NCBI RefSeq assembly: GCF_001194135.2
Contig: NC_068981.1
Span: forward strand, 90,486,052 to 90,550,051
Reading direction: 5' to 3'
Length of the DNA stretch: 64,000 bases
Origin: Octopus bimaculoides
Lineage: Eukaryota
Translations under genes and position numbers: made by a program
The notes under the pieces: model-generated
Seen by the model: the letters and a program-made list of their open reading frames with translations, nothing else
The model's database searches: none
What the model was told of the DNA's origin: nothing
Part shown: positions 26,001 to 36,627 of the stretch, piece after piece
How positions within the stretch are numbered: position 1 is the stretch's first letter
Layout: each line of letters begins with the position of its first letter

Positions 26001-29000
26001 GTAGAATATTTGGGCTGGATATGGTTGGTCGTAGCCAGTTTGAAAATAAAACAAACAGAATATTTGGTCGGTTTGAACATAAAACAGATAGAATATTTGA
26101 TTTGGATAAAGCCAGTTTGAATATAAAACAGATGGACTATATGGGCTGGATATAGCCAGTTTGAACATAAAACATGTAGAATATTGGAACCAGATATAGC
26201 CAGTTTGAAGAGAAAATAGGTAGAGAAAATATTTGGGCTGGATATGGCCAGTTTAAATACTAAATGGTTACTTCAGAATTCAGATAAAAATCCAAATCCT
26301 TGTATTTTCATCAGCCTCATTAAATTTCTCTTCTCTAATTAGAACTGCTCTCAACAATTTTGGAACTGAATTACTGGAAACATATTTTGAAAATCCATTT
26401 ACACCAGCATTGTCTGTTGTGTATTTTTCAGAGGTATGTAGAAATTTCTTTCTGGTTTACACTTGTTTCTTCATACTACTACAGTGTTTGTATGTATTTT
26501 TTGAATTCAAATTTCTATTTAAATCTGTAATGATGTAATGATGATTATGATTTGTTTCAGTCATGTGACTGTGGTCATGCTGGGACACTACTTTGAAGGG
26601 TTTTGGCCAAACAAATCACTCTAGTACTTAATTTTTAAGTTTGGTACTTATTCTATTGGTCTCTTTTGTTAAACTAAGTTACAAAGATGAAAACGAACCA
26701 ACACCATCAAACACACACACACGCACACAAAGGACTACCACACTTTCTGTCTACCAAATTCACTCACATGGCATTGATCAATCCAGCTCTAGATAAGAAG
26801 ACACTTACTTGAGGTACCATGCAGTAGGACTGAACCTGCAACCATGTGGTTGCAAAGCAAGCTTCTTAACCACACAACTATGCCGGCACCTATATGCTAG
26901 TATAAGTAAAATAAAAGACTCCCTTCTGTCGTGAATGACCATGGGATTGCACCTTGAAAGTTACCCTCTGAGACACAAGTCTGGGCAAGGTTGTTTTAAT
27001 GGAAGACCAGTAGTCGCCCATGCATACCAGCCAACATGCCACCAAGGTTATCTAAGGGAAAGGCAAAGGCTGATACAGCTAGGCACCAGTGATGTTGCAA
27101 ATCGTTTCTTCAGCTGGGTGAACTGGAGCAGTGTGAAATAAAGTGTCTTGCTCAAGAACACAGCACACAGCCCAGTCTGGGAATTGAACTTACTGCCTCA
27201 TGATTGTGAGCCTAACACTCTAACCACTGAACCATGTATCTTCACAACATTAGTATAAGTAGAATGCTTTTAATTTTTTTTTAAATTACGTAAATTTGTT
27301 GGAGTTAATAATAAACACTAAGCAAAAATTAGGCACAATATGTGGATTTTTCTTTTGATTACCTCACTCCAATGAGGTAAAGAAGTCAATGATGTTTCTT
27401 CTACTTTGCATATGTGGCTAATAACAAAATCACTTGATTTGGTGATGATCCACTATCCCATAGCCTGTTGAAGTACCACTGAAACATCATAGTAAACTGA
27501 ATTGAATCTACAGCAAGCTATTTTATCAGAGTCCTTATAATCTTTCCATGCTGAACCTACAGGAGTTGACTGCAGAAGAGAAAACCAGAGAAACAGAATG
27601 TTTTTTTTTTCTAACATAGCTCCTTTTCAGGTCTGAATCGTTATTAAATAACACAGATATGGTTGTGTAGTTAGGAGATTAAGTTCTTGATTACATGGTT
27701 TCAAGTTCAGTACAACAGCATGACACTTTATGCATGTGTCTTCTACTAAAGCCCTAGGCCAAATAAAGTCTTGAGAGCAAATTTAGAGGGAAACTAAAAG
27801 AAGCTTGCAGCATATATTTGTGCACATGCGCGTGTGTTTGTTTGTTCCCTTGTCTTGACACTGCTCAATAGTTGTAAATAAGTACCACTGTCATACAAGC
27901 AGTCTCCTTTGTTTTTATAATCTTCTGTGGAAACATGCTTGGCCTTGGAGATATATTATCTTGCTTGGAAATGAGAGGGAGTTGATGGCAAGAAGGGCAT
28001 CAAGCTATAGAAAACCTGCCTCAAAGAATTTCACTTGACTCATGTAAGCATTGAAAAATAGACAGTAAAATGATGATGATGAAGATGGTAATGATGATGA
28101 TGATGATGATGATAGTAATTCCTATTTATAGTTGGGACAGGACAGGTGGAGGGAATCATTGGGAAATTAGATGTCTTAACTATTCTCAAAGGAATGATAG
28201 TGATAGACAAAGAACAATGAAACATTTGGCTCCACTTAAACTATCAGCCCAGCTACCCATATTATCTACTTATTCTATGCCAATTCAATGAGAAAGGCTA
28301 TACATCATGGCTTCATCTACTAGAAACAGCAGCAAAACTCCATCAAATAACTTTTTACCATCTTAAAAATAAATGGTCATATTAATTTTGAATACATTGT
28401 CCGGAAAAAAAGATGGAATGGTCATGGCTAAAATGTCTTTAACTATAGACCTGTTTGATCAGATCTGACCTGGGGTTATAAATAACTAATATATGAATGT
28501 AATCAACTGATATATGAAAATCTTAAAGAAAAATAATTTTATAGAGTATGGTATATAATTATGAAGGCCGTTACATAACAGTGGATCCTGTAAGAAAATG
28601 GTTTGATGAACTGAGAAACCGAAGACATTCCATGCAACCTTCTTGTAAGTATGAACAAATAAATGTTTATTTTTTTACTTAGATACAAGACTATAAAACA
28701 TATAGAGAGGTATGAAATTAAGTTACATTCATGTCTTTCTCAAGAGCATTTATGACATAACTACTTTGTCCTCTATCAGAAATCAGAACTGTGTTGGGAC
28801 CTCCACAAGCTGTCTTATTCTATTGTGCTTGTTAGTGAAACAAATAATTAAATATTGGTCCAATCCACTGTAAAGGGTAATGATCCCCTTTGGTTATGAA
28901 TGACCATGGGATTGCACCAAGAAAGTTCCCCTCTGAGGCACAAGTCTGAACAAGATTGTTTATGGAAGACAAGCAGTCGCCCATGCATACCAGCCTCCCC

Positions 29001-32000
29001 TCTCTACACTACCAATGTTATCCAAGGGAAAGGCTGATACAACTTGACAGCAGTGACGTCACAACTCATTTCAAACAGCTCGATAAACTGGAGCAACATG
29101 GAATAAAGTATCTTGCTCAAGAACACAACACACAGCCCAGTCTGAGAACCAAACTCACTGTTTCCTGATTGTGAGTCTGACGCTCTAACCAGTCAGCCAT
29201 GTGCCTTCACCTGTACCACTTCTCTTATACTTGTTGGTGTACAACACCACCTGTTGCAATCTGAAACATTACTGTTTTGTTAGTGCGAGAGTATATGTGT
29301 TAGTGTTCTGCATGTAGCCAGTGCAGGTGTTAGTACAAGGTTTAATAGTGTTCTGTCTTACAGAGTTTAGTTGTTTGTTGTCATGTCATGTCGTGACCTA
29401 GAACTGGTTCTCAACCAATTTTTGCTTATGGACACTCATGATTTTTATTTTCCTAAGGTGCACCCACAGCCATACAATATTTAAAAGAGCCTGTCATATA
29501 TTCATAATTAAATATTATTAGGTATTCATTATCATCATCACCATCATTTAATGTCTGTTGTCCATGCTAGCATGGGCTGGCAAGCTGGGGAGCTGCACCA
29601 GACTCCAGTCTGTTTTGATATGGTTTCTACAGCTGGATGCCCTTCCTAATGCCAACCACTCCAAGAGTGTAATGGGTGCTTTTATGTGCCACTGGCATGG
29701 GTGCCATTTGTGTGACACTGGTGTCTGCCAGTTGTATAAAAAAATAGTTAGAATATTTTTATAATTAAATAATTAAAATATTTTGTGTATAGCAGAAGTA
29801 TAACCAATTTATTGTACATAAATTTTAACAACAAAATCTTATATGGACCACAAGGGCCATATGGACACTGGGTGAGAACCACTGATCTAGGATAAATAAC
29901 CTTGTGTGAAGAACAAAATATGAATGGTGAATAATATCCATTTACTGGGCTTGCAAAATCAATATGCAATCGGGCCAAGGTTCATATTTTGTAGTAGGTA
30001 GTTTCACTGCCAGCACACATCCTCTGACCAGGTTTTCAACTTCCTTGTCCATGCTTGGCCAGTATGTGAAACTTCACATCAATACTTTCATTCTAGAGAT
30101 ACCTGGGTGTCCCACATGGAACTCTTTTAGCATTCTCTTCTGTAATATCTATGATATGACCACTCTCTGAGCATACATTTGTACACCATCACATATAGAG
30201 TACATATTCACATCTTGGTGGTTCTATGCATCAGACCTTTCTTTATTTCCTTTTGTCAACCACAGTTTTCTTTTTGTCTCGTTAATAAATTTTTCATTTC
30301 TCTTTTCACTAAACATTTTGCACAAAATATCAACTGTGTTGGTGAAATTTGTCAGATGCTTTTTTTTCTCATGCTCTGCTGCTGCTAGTTTTTTAAAAAC
30401 TAGATGCGTTTTCATTTCGTCTGTCCAATCTTGACATTCTTTTTCGAAAGTAAGCCTCGAAGATTACTATTTTCTCAGGATCATATTTGAGTTCAATTAT
30501 GGAATTTGCTACATGATCAGGTGAAAATGTATTCTCTGGTTTGGTTATCAACTTCGTTAGTTGTAACATTTGCTGCTGCAATCCTTGTTGTTGTTTTTGC
30601 AACTCAAGTATCCCAGCTAACAAGCCTTCCATATTTTACAACTTTTGTTTCTTTTTTGTTGAGGTATTTAATTCTCCATGTGAATTAGTTTAAACTCTGT
30701 GTGAATGTTTTTTTTTCACTCAGTGTAAATTTGTTTTTCCTCATCACCACGGTTATAAAGCAGTCTTTTGCTACAGTTGTATCTGCCCTTTGACAGATAT
30801 TGTTATATTCCGAAGTCGTCAACAGAATGTTTGTATCTGGCACTGTACGACTCCCGGTCATACAGTGTTATTATCCTGTAAAGGTTGGATCATTATAACA
30901 TCCATTCAGTATCACAGTATAATTACTATATCAGCACAGAGACAACTATCAACAGTCTACATGTACTCTCGGCCTTCTTTTGATCTTTCTCTGTTGACCG
31001 GCCACTGGTTTATTTATAATGGCTGGCTACTACCACTTTTTACTGGGAGGGGTGTACAGTTTCACTATACAACAATGCTCTAACAATTCTGGTCTCTATT
31101 CTTGCAATTACAACTTAGGCAATGCATGTGTCTGTCTTTTAGATTTTTCATTTATTAGAAAAGATTTTAATTGTTTTCTTAATCAGATAAAATGCAACAT
31201 GCTGAAATGGGATTACCAAGAAGAGAAAATACAAAATTTTTGAAGAGCAACCAATTTCAATTCACAGGTGAGTTAATCATTTATGAAGTAAGTGGCTTAT
31301 GAGAGGAACAGTAGACAAGAAGGTGTTTTAGTTTTTTGATGTAGCTGTATGCATTATGCCTCATGAGTCATTGCCCAAGACCTTCCTGACAAGAAGTGTT
31401 GAGAGGAAGACAGCAAGAAGCTACCAAGAACATTTGTGGATTGACAACATCAAAGAATGGGTTGGTTGATTGTCAGAATGCAATACAATACAGAGGTTAA
31501 CTGGAGAATCTTGGCAAGCTGACCTCTAGTCACAGGGAAGGGACCTACCTGGCTGGTTGATGCATCATGCAAAAATATCTGAAAACCTGTACTGATGTAT
31601 TTATTTAGTGAATGATTCATCCAGCCCATATCAGCATCAAAAAGAAAATACTGAGTAAAAACAATAGTTATGTAAACACAGGCTCCTGTGCAGGTGACAC
31701 GTAAAATACACCATTTTGAGCGTGGCCGTTGCCAATACCGCTTGACTGGCCTTCGTGCTGGTGGCATGTAAAAGCACCCACTACACTCTCAGAGTGGTTG
31801 GCGTTAGGAAGGGCATCCAGCTGTAGAAACTCTGCCAAATCAGATTGGAGCCTGGTGTAGCCATCTGGTTCACCAGTCCTCAGTCAAATCGTCCAACCCA
31901 TGCTAGCATGGAAAGCGGACGTTAAACAATGATGATGATGATGCATACTTGTATATTCTTGTTGTTCTGAAATCATTTACAACTTTATCCCTTTAGAACT

Positions 32001-32403
32001 TAAAACTAGCCATATCAGGCTCAAACATTCTACTTTGTTTTATGTTCAAACTGGTTAGATTCAGCCTTTCACACCTACCCTACAATGTCATTCTAAAAAC
32101 AAGCACACAATCAAAATCTTGAAGTTGCAAGATCATGCATGATTAAGTAAAAATAATGTGAATTAGTAAGAATTACATTTGATAGAGTAATCTGAATGTT
32201 AAAGGGCTAAAATACTGATAAAGCAAACAGCCTCTGAATAAAGGACAGAAGTCAACTTGATCAGAGCAGGCCCAGGGCTAAACAAATTACTAAGGAGAGA
32301 TACGGTATACCACTCTGTGAGAGCACTCCATTACAAATAAGTATTTAATTTCTTAGATTCCACTGATGAAGGGAATTCTCTCATGGGAAAAACCTGCAAC
32401 TGA
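937..32403 (+). CDS. TXNDC16: Thioredoxin domain-containing protein 16 (ERp90), 5'-partial; join(937-1058,1840-1930,3037-3208,4588-4660,7459-7608,9300-9549,10662-10789,14717-14801,16763-16904,25456-25613,26343-26433,28545-28644,31187-31267,32357-32403)
   Basis: All introns are GT-AG with compatible phases, giving one open frame (1689 nt after the first base, 562 aa plus stop). Peptides follow recalled human TXNDC16 in order, e.g. DHDEVREVVF~DDEVAETVF, LTEET~LTEET, VNCLHWNEECNRYNITHSPTIKL~[29 protein letters not shown]~VLGLFS, QPLVILF~KPLLILF, LLETYF~ILRAYF. Confidence 0.88.
1320..1634 (-). mobile_element. tRNA-derived SINE family D
   Basis: Matches the copies at 26917, 28885 and 35392; head ggctcagtggttagag on the - strand. 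Confidence 0.8.
1840..1930 (+). CDS. TXNDC16: TXNDC16 exon (EQRTFLEAAYQNNGTEEFILTNNIQVVSDLK)
   Basis: ctttcatag / gtaagt; resembles [24 protein letters not shown]. Confidence 0.85.
2545..2817 (+). mobile_element. Young RTE-LINE 3' UTR element (family B) with (GAC/GAT)n tail
   Basis: Near-identical to 11868-12187, 31680-31943 and 58657-58856. Confidence 0.85.
3037..3208 (+). CDS. TXNDC16: TXNDC16 exon (ESSTQNKSRLVWLLHCKTYSL...MNIADN)
   Basis: tttttcag acceptor, weak gtaata donor; LHCK resembles FHCK. Confidence 0.8.
3285..3497 (+). mobile_element. RTE-clade LINE ORF2 C-terminal fragment (frameshifted)
   Basis: LNNTWKSNSISFPTKFIVYKTLVALILLYACEGWTLTADME / IQTFEHKCFRRLLHILYTEHK, the typical post-RT segment. 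Confidence 0.85.
4588..4660 (+). CDS. TXNDC16: TXNDC16 linker exon (AIETKSTEHKDSSQSVMSSHADRK)
   Basis: Long pyrimidine tract plus tttcag, gtatgt donor; phases 0/1 link the neighbouring exons; weak homology. Confidence 0.6.
5765..5986. mobile_element. piggyBac-like MITE family 2
   Basis: TTAA flanks and CCCTTT terminus; copies at 39443 and 47055. Confidence 0.75.
6083..6350 (+). mobile_element. SINE with family C tRNA head and V-domain-like body
   Basis: Head as at 43193; body contains gcgatggactggcgtcccgtccag. Confidence 0.75.
6961..7362 (+). mobile_element. SINE family A, near full length
   Basis: A/B-box-like head, internal TA/TG microsatellite, gtaaaaga tail. Confidence 0.9.
7459..7608 (+). 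CDS. TXNDC16: TXNDC16 exon (TVDHDEVREVVFGSRYYHSKPFKITSLTEETLPEIENSSTYTLIVFLFK)
   Basis: gccttcag / gtaaat; start of a thioredoxin fold. Confidence 0.88.
8531..8665 (+). promoter_or_regulatory. CpG-rich promoter-like cluster (2x NRF1-like, 2x ETS, YY1, E2F, ACTACA/ZNF143-like, TATA) inside a TXNDC16 intron
   Basis: TACGCATGCGCA 8531, GCTTCCGGT 8551, TGCACATGCGCA 8572, ACTTCCT 8591, CAATGGCGGC 8598, TTTCGCGCC 8613, ACTACAAT 8622, TATATAAA 8629. Confidence 0.55.
9300..9549 (+). CDS. TXNDC16: TXNDC16 exon (EPVGIAFVRLL...VNCLHWNEEC...AMKFLY)
   Basis: ttttgacag / gtaatt; PDI-type Trx domain with NC..W...C and cis-Pro (HSPTI). Confidence 0.92.
10662..10789 (+). CDS. TXNDC16: TXNDC16 exon (HSVEDVIQATKDDVNNILNGSFQSAINLTSMCILGLFPEQST)
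   Basis: atttcag / gtaaga; phase 2/1. Confidence 0.88.
10825..11230 (-). mobile_element. Family B LINE 3' UTR element with internal repeats
   Basis: (CAT)n followed by gtttaacgtccgctttccatgctagc. Confidence 0.85.
11868..12187 (+). mobile_element. Family B LINE 3' UTR element (young)
   Basis: Ends cggacgttaaacgatgatgatg. Confidence 0.88.
12748..13512 (+). mobile_element. SINE A 5' half followed by an RTE LINE 3' fragment and its 3' UTR (older copy)
   Basis: SINE head 12748-12905; decayed VQERRLRWYG...GRxRKTW-like coding sequence running into the family B tail. Confidence 0.75.
13977..14365 (+). mobile_element. SINE family A, full length
   Basis: ggcgcaggagtgactgtgtggtaag head to gagtaaaaga tail. 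Confidence 0.9.
14717..14801 (+). CDS. TXNDC16: TXNDC16 exon (EIKEFYKVAKAEKGTALFILLTGSDAAY)
   Basis: ttattgacag / gtaaga; b-domain F..VA helix. Confidence 0.85.
16763..16904 (+). CDS. TXNDC16: TXNDC16 exon (GHLQQVAVPSVLTLKW...KNSYKSHF)
   Basis: attggcag / gtaagt; phase 2/0. Confidence 0.85.
19520..19584 (+). ncRNA. Candidate pre-miRNA of the miR-31 family (5p AGGCAAGAUGCUGGCUCGACCA)
   Basis: 65-nt hairpin with a 2-nt 3' overhang and an extended basal stem. The first 15 nt of 5p equal recalled vertebrate miR-31-5p; the 3p arm shares CCAACAU.UUGCC with recalled miR-31-3p. Confidence 0.6.
24426..24710 (+). mobile_element. SINE family C (5' end in assembly gap)
   Basis: Near-identical to 43280-43570. 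Confidence 0.88.
25456..25613 (+). CDS. TXNDC16: TXNDC16 exon (MELFPDILPKLLQSGQPLVILF...FTWINV)
   Basis: ctcttag / gtaagt; resembles PEITVENLPSYFRLQKPLLILF...CWLNL. Confidence 0.88.
25845..26267. mobile_element. piggyBac-like MITE family 1 with internal tandem expansion
   Basis: ccctttaacattt start; about 6 copies of gccagtttgaacataaaacaggtagaatatttgggctggatat. Confidence 0.75.
26343..26433 (+). CDS. TXNDC16: TXNDC16 exon (TALNNFGTELLETYFENPFTPALSVVYFSE)
   Basis: ctctaattag / gtatgt; resembles GRGILRAYFDPLPPLPLLVLV. Confidence 0.85.
26555..27245 (-). mobile_element. Adjacent degenerate SINE A (26555-26890) and SINE D (26917-27245)
   Basis: Similarity to other copies in the window. Confidence 0.75.
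28545..28644 (+). CDS. TXNDC16: TXNDC16 exon (SMVYNYEGRYITVDPVRKWFDELRNRRHSMQPS)
   Basis: ttttatag / gtaagt; resembles QVFAF...LVLWLKKL. Confidence 0.85.
28885..29210 (-). mobile_element. SINE family D
   Basis: Similar to 1320 and 35392. Confidence 0.8.
29930..30640 (-). mobile_element. Ty3/Gypsy LTR retrotransposon remnant (gag plus integrase, internally deleted)
   Basis: gag-like YDPEK..FEAYF and EHEK..F..TVDIL; integrase Zn-binding KEFHVGHPGISRMK.LM*SFTYWPSMDKEVENLVRGC; core start ARLHIDFASPVNG. Confidence 0.88.
31187..31267 (+). CDS. TXNDC16: Probable TXNDC16 exon (KMQHAEMGLPRRENTKFLKSNQFQFT)
   Basis: ttcttaatcag / gtgagt; phase 1/1 fits; weak homology. Confidence 0.6.
31330..31570 (+). 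mobile_element. RTE LINE 3' coding fragment
   Basis: HESLPKTFL...WIDNIKEWVG motif. Confidence 0.65.
31680..31943 (+). mobile_element. Family B LINE 3' UTR element (young)
   Basis: Near-identical to the 11930-12187 copy. Confidence 0.88.
32357..32403 (+). CDS. TXNDC16: Probable TXNDC16 terminal coding exon (DSTDEGNSLMGKTCN*)
   Basis: atttcttag acceptor, phase 1, TGA at 32401-32403, AATAAA sites downstream. Confidence 0.55.
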
Positions 32404-32984
32404 TTGTTGATTTACCAATAGTGGTGTGGTAGAGGTGAATTGTCTAATGAGCTTTAAGTATTTAACTGTTAACTTCCTCTAAAACTGCATAGATCAGTCA
32501 GTCCTGAAACAAGCAATATCACAAAAATCATACTAACTTTATTTACATTCATTTTGAAAGAAGGATCTCTATAAAGTAAAGAAGAAAACTCTAATCCCTT
32601 CTATTATTCATTTCTATTCTATAACAGAATTATTACTGGAGTGGGCCTTTGATTAAAACTGAAGGACTATCACAATAAGTGTGTGAATCTGGGAGGGAAA
32701 TATGTTCAATAAAATTGTAATTAACTGATCCTGTATTTTCTTTTACCCAAAGCCAGGAACTTTTCAATACCCTGTTGTATTTTTTCTTTTCCTAGAATTC
32801 AAGTCAAAGGAATCAATATCACCATCATCAATGGGTTCCATTCCAAAGGAAGAACTCTGACCCCAGCAAGATAACTTTGAAGAATGGAATATTCAACTTA
32901 CGAATAGAATAAAACAAAATATACAAATATTCTCATAGTATGAGAAAAGAAGTCATCTTATTTTTAAATCTTAATGATACACTA

Positions 32985-32990
32985 AATAAA
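32985..32990 (+). terminator. Candidate TXNDC16 polyadenylation signal (alternatives at 32708 and 32908)
   Basis: AATAAA hexamers in the AT-rich sequence after the stop codon. Confidence 0.35.
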
Positions 32991-34354
32991 AATCTTAGTT
33001 TTACTGTCAAACAACAAAATAATGATTAAAATTCTGATATAAAACTCTCAGTATAGTTCATTTTTCCTTTTTGTGATTCAAAACATCTCTGTCTGTTCAG
33101 ATGTTGCTTTACATTGACACAGAATGCAATTAGCCTGCATCTTTATCACTTACACAGTTTCATCTTCACACCTATTGTCAGTTACCCCAGACCTTTGTCA
33201 TCTCTTTGATGAGGTTCAGAGATCAGTCTTCACCACTTTGTCCCAAGTCTTCCTGCAAGCTCCCATCCACATTAAGTGATTAGCTTTTCTTCTTTATACA
33301 GCTGTCCACAAATCCACACCAGCACAGTCTTCTCTCTTGCACACTACAACTGATTCCAGTTATGTCCAGTTTTTCTCTCAGCGCACTTCTACTATGTTAT
33401 TCAGGCACTTTTACATTTGGAGTTCAAATTCTGCCCAAAACAGATTTGCTCTTTCATCTTCTTTGGATTAATAGTAAAAAAAAAAAGTACAAGATTAATT
33501 GATAAAAGGACATGCTAGTTCATTAGCTCAACAAATACTGCAACAAAATTTATCTAACTTTAGCAATTTAGCCACTTCATAACACTTCGAAAAAAAAAAA
33601 AAAGAAGAAAACTTTGAGTTTCATAAATGAAAGAATTCTTTCTACATCTCATCTGTCATGACTGCTTTATTTCTTCACCAAGATATATTTTTTTTAATAT
33701 TTTAGTAGATATATATAAATAAAATTTATAGATGTAATTTTTTTTAAATCAATTTTTAAAGGNNNNNNNNNNNNNNNNNNNNNNNNNNNNNNNNNNNNNN
33801 NNNNNNNNNNNNNNNNNNNNNNNNNNNNNNNNNNNNNNNNNNNNNNNNNNNNNNNNNNNNNNNNNNNNNNNNNNNNNNNNNNNNNNNNNNNNNNNNNNNN
33901 NNNNNNNNNNNNNNNNNNNNNNNNNNNNNNNNNNNNNNNNNNNNNNNNNNNNNNNNNNNNNNNNNNNNNNNNNNNNNNNNNNNNNNNNNNNNNNNNNNNN
34001 NNNNNNNNNNNNNNNNNNNNNNNNNNNNNNNNNNNNNNNNNNNNNNNNNNNNNNNNNNNNNNNNNNNNNNNNNNNNNNNNNNNNNNNNNNNNNNNNNNNN
34101 NNNNNNNNNNNNNNNNNNNNNNNNNNNNNNTTAGTAATAACAGGTAGTTTCACTAGACAAACATTTGCTGTACACCAACTGACATTTTTATGACACGAAT
34201 TTTGTATTTTCTGCACTTTGAGGACATTTTTGCCAAATCAGTCTTTTTCTTCTTTATTATTATTATAACGTTCTAGTCTTTTAAAATCATATATGCTTCA
34301 GATTTAGTAATAGCAATTTTCAAATGCAACAAATAAAAAAAATATATATATTAA

Positions 34355-34536
34355 GCACGTAAAAGTACCCACTACATTCTCGGAGTGGTTGGCGTTAGGA
34401 AGGGCATCCAGCTGTCGAAACTCTGCCAGATCAGATTGGAGCCTGGTGCAGCCTTCTGGCTTGCCAGTCCTCAGTCAAATCGTCCAACCCATGCTAGCAT
34501 GGAAAGCGGACGTTAAACGATGATGATGATGATGAT
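34355..34536 (+). mobile_element. Family B element, 5'-truncated
   Basis: (GAT)n tail. Confidence 0.85.
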
Positions 34537-34904
34537 AAGCATCTAGTATGCTATAATAAACCTATATTGCCAGTTGTAGTTGGCCAACATCCCTGGTTGT
34601 GGGCAGAAACTTTCTGTCTTTTGGAAATATGACTGCTTTGAAGCTATGGATCAATTTGTGCCGACATACAAGGGGTCAGCATGGTACAGTAGAACCCAAA
34701 CTCCTCTAATGATTCCTAAACCATAATTTTCATTAGCTGTTCCTGTTGGATCAGTGAAATTAAGCCAAGATACAACTGTAGCACCCAGAGGTATGCATGT
34801 ATATACATACATGCATGCATACAAACAAAGAAACAAACAAAACTATATTTACATTTATAAAGTCAAACATAAACCTACACATTCAGTAACATCCATACTA
34901 GCAC

Positions 34905-35064
34905 ACATGTGTGGGAAGAAGCTTGCTTTCCACCCACATGGTTCCAGGTTCAGTCCCACTGCGTGGCACCTTGGGCAAGTATCTTCTACTATAGCCTCGG
35001 ACTGACCAAAGCCATGATAGTGGATTGGTAGACAGAAACTGAGAGAAGCCCATCGTGTGTGTGC

Positions 35065-35108
<44 letters not shown>

Positions 35109-35345
35109 GTTCAATATATTGGTGTGTTTGTTCCCCTCATCCATTGTTTTACAACTGATGTTGGTGTGTTTATGTCCCTGTAACTTAGTGGTTCAGCAAA
35201 AAAGAACCAATAGAATAAGTACTGGGCTTACAGAGAATAAGTCCTGGGGTCAATTTGTTTGACTAAAACCCCTTAAGGTGGTGCTCCAGCATGGCTGCAG
35301 TGAAATGACTGAAGCAAGTAAAAGAATAAAAGTGTGTGTGCACGT

Positions 35346-35388
<43 letters not shown>

Positions 35389-35725
35389 TCCTTGAAAGCG
35401 CATGGTTCAGTGGTTAAAGTGTCAAGCTCACAATCATGAGGTAGTGGCTTCGATTCCTGGACTGCGTTGTGTGTTGTTTTCTTCAGCTAGACACTTTATT
35501 TCACATTGTTCACTCAGCTGTAGAAACGAGTTGCGATGTCACTGGTGCTAAGCTGTATCGACCTTTGCCTTTCCCTTGGATAACATCGGTGGCGTGGAGA
35601 GGGGAGGCTGGTAGGCATAGACTGCTGGTCTTCCATAAACAACCTTGCTCAGATTTGTGCTTCAGAGGGTAACTTCTTAGGTGCAACCCCATGGTCATTA
35701 ATAACTGAAGGGGTCTTTACCCTTA
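34905..35725 (+). mobile_element. SINE A (34905-35330) and SINE D (35392-35725) in the intergenic spacer
   Basis: Similarity to other copies in the window. Confidence 0.8.
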
Positions 35726-36321
35726 TATATATATATATGTATATTTGCTGAGGCCTACTGGTCACGAAGACCAAATGGGCACCCAAAGCTGAAAGGGGAG
35801 AGCAACGTCTAACTGGTTGTTAACATAATATTGGCTAATAGCTCATTTTATAAAGGTAGACAAAATTCTGTAACAAATATACATAAAAACTTTCTGTTAA
35901 GTTGTGTTCGAAATAGCATTTTAATATTTTAATAAATATAAAAGTTATAGTTCTTTTACGAAAGCCATCTAAACTCACGATTACTGTAGAATTTAATAGA
36001 AACACATAGTGGGGTATTTTAGTTAGAAATATAGAAATGAAAGGGTTAAGTTACTTTTTTTTTTTTGGTAAGAGTTTAGGTTTGGGAAGAGGAAAAAAAG
36101 AAAATCTAAAACTGAAATCTATATTGTCAATAACAGGTAATTTTTCAATAGATAATTTCACTAAAATGTTAATTGTAGATAAAACATTTCAAGTGATACA
36201 AAATATACTGAGGAAGTGTCTTTACACATTAACTATTTTGTCTTACATTTTTTTTCTTCTGATGTTATTTTTTTCATACACATACAATTATTTTAATAAC
36301 ATATATACACAAGTGTGTGTA

Positions 36322-36368
<47 letters not shown>

Positions 36369-36451
36369 TAGAGAAAGAGATAGAGAGAGAGAGAGAGGAA
36401 GAGAAAAATATTTCTAAATCCCTCGTACAAGCCCACACTGGCAAAATTAGT

Positions 36452-36627
36452 TCATACATAAAGGTCTGGAGTTGGAAGGCCAGAGATGTCACACATGTTT
36501 ATATACACGAGAAATACACTGTCAGACCAATAATCGCCCTGGATGCCTTCTTTGATAAAACTTACTCCCAACTGTCGTAGACGCTCTGATGCAAGCTCTC
36601 GACCGACAGGAGTATTTGGCAGCATGT
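36452..36627 (-). CDS. FBXO38: FBXO38 last coding exon (...[21 protein letters not shown])
   Basis: attcacag acceptor; resembles IFIHYCDVNGEPVEDDYI*; TGA at 36454-36452. Confidence 0.9.

Noticed and set aside
25985-26255. Repeat array superficially CRISPR-like
   Set aside because: Eukaryotic locus, degenerate tandem units without unique spacers, derived from a MITE.
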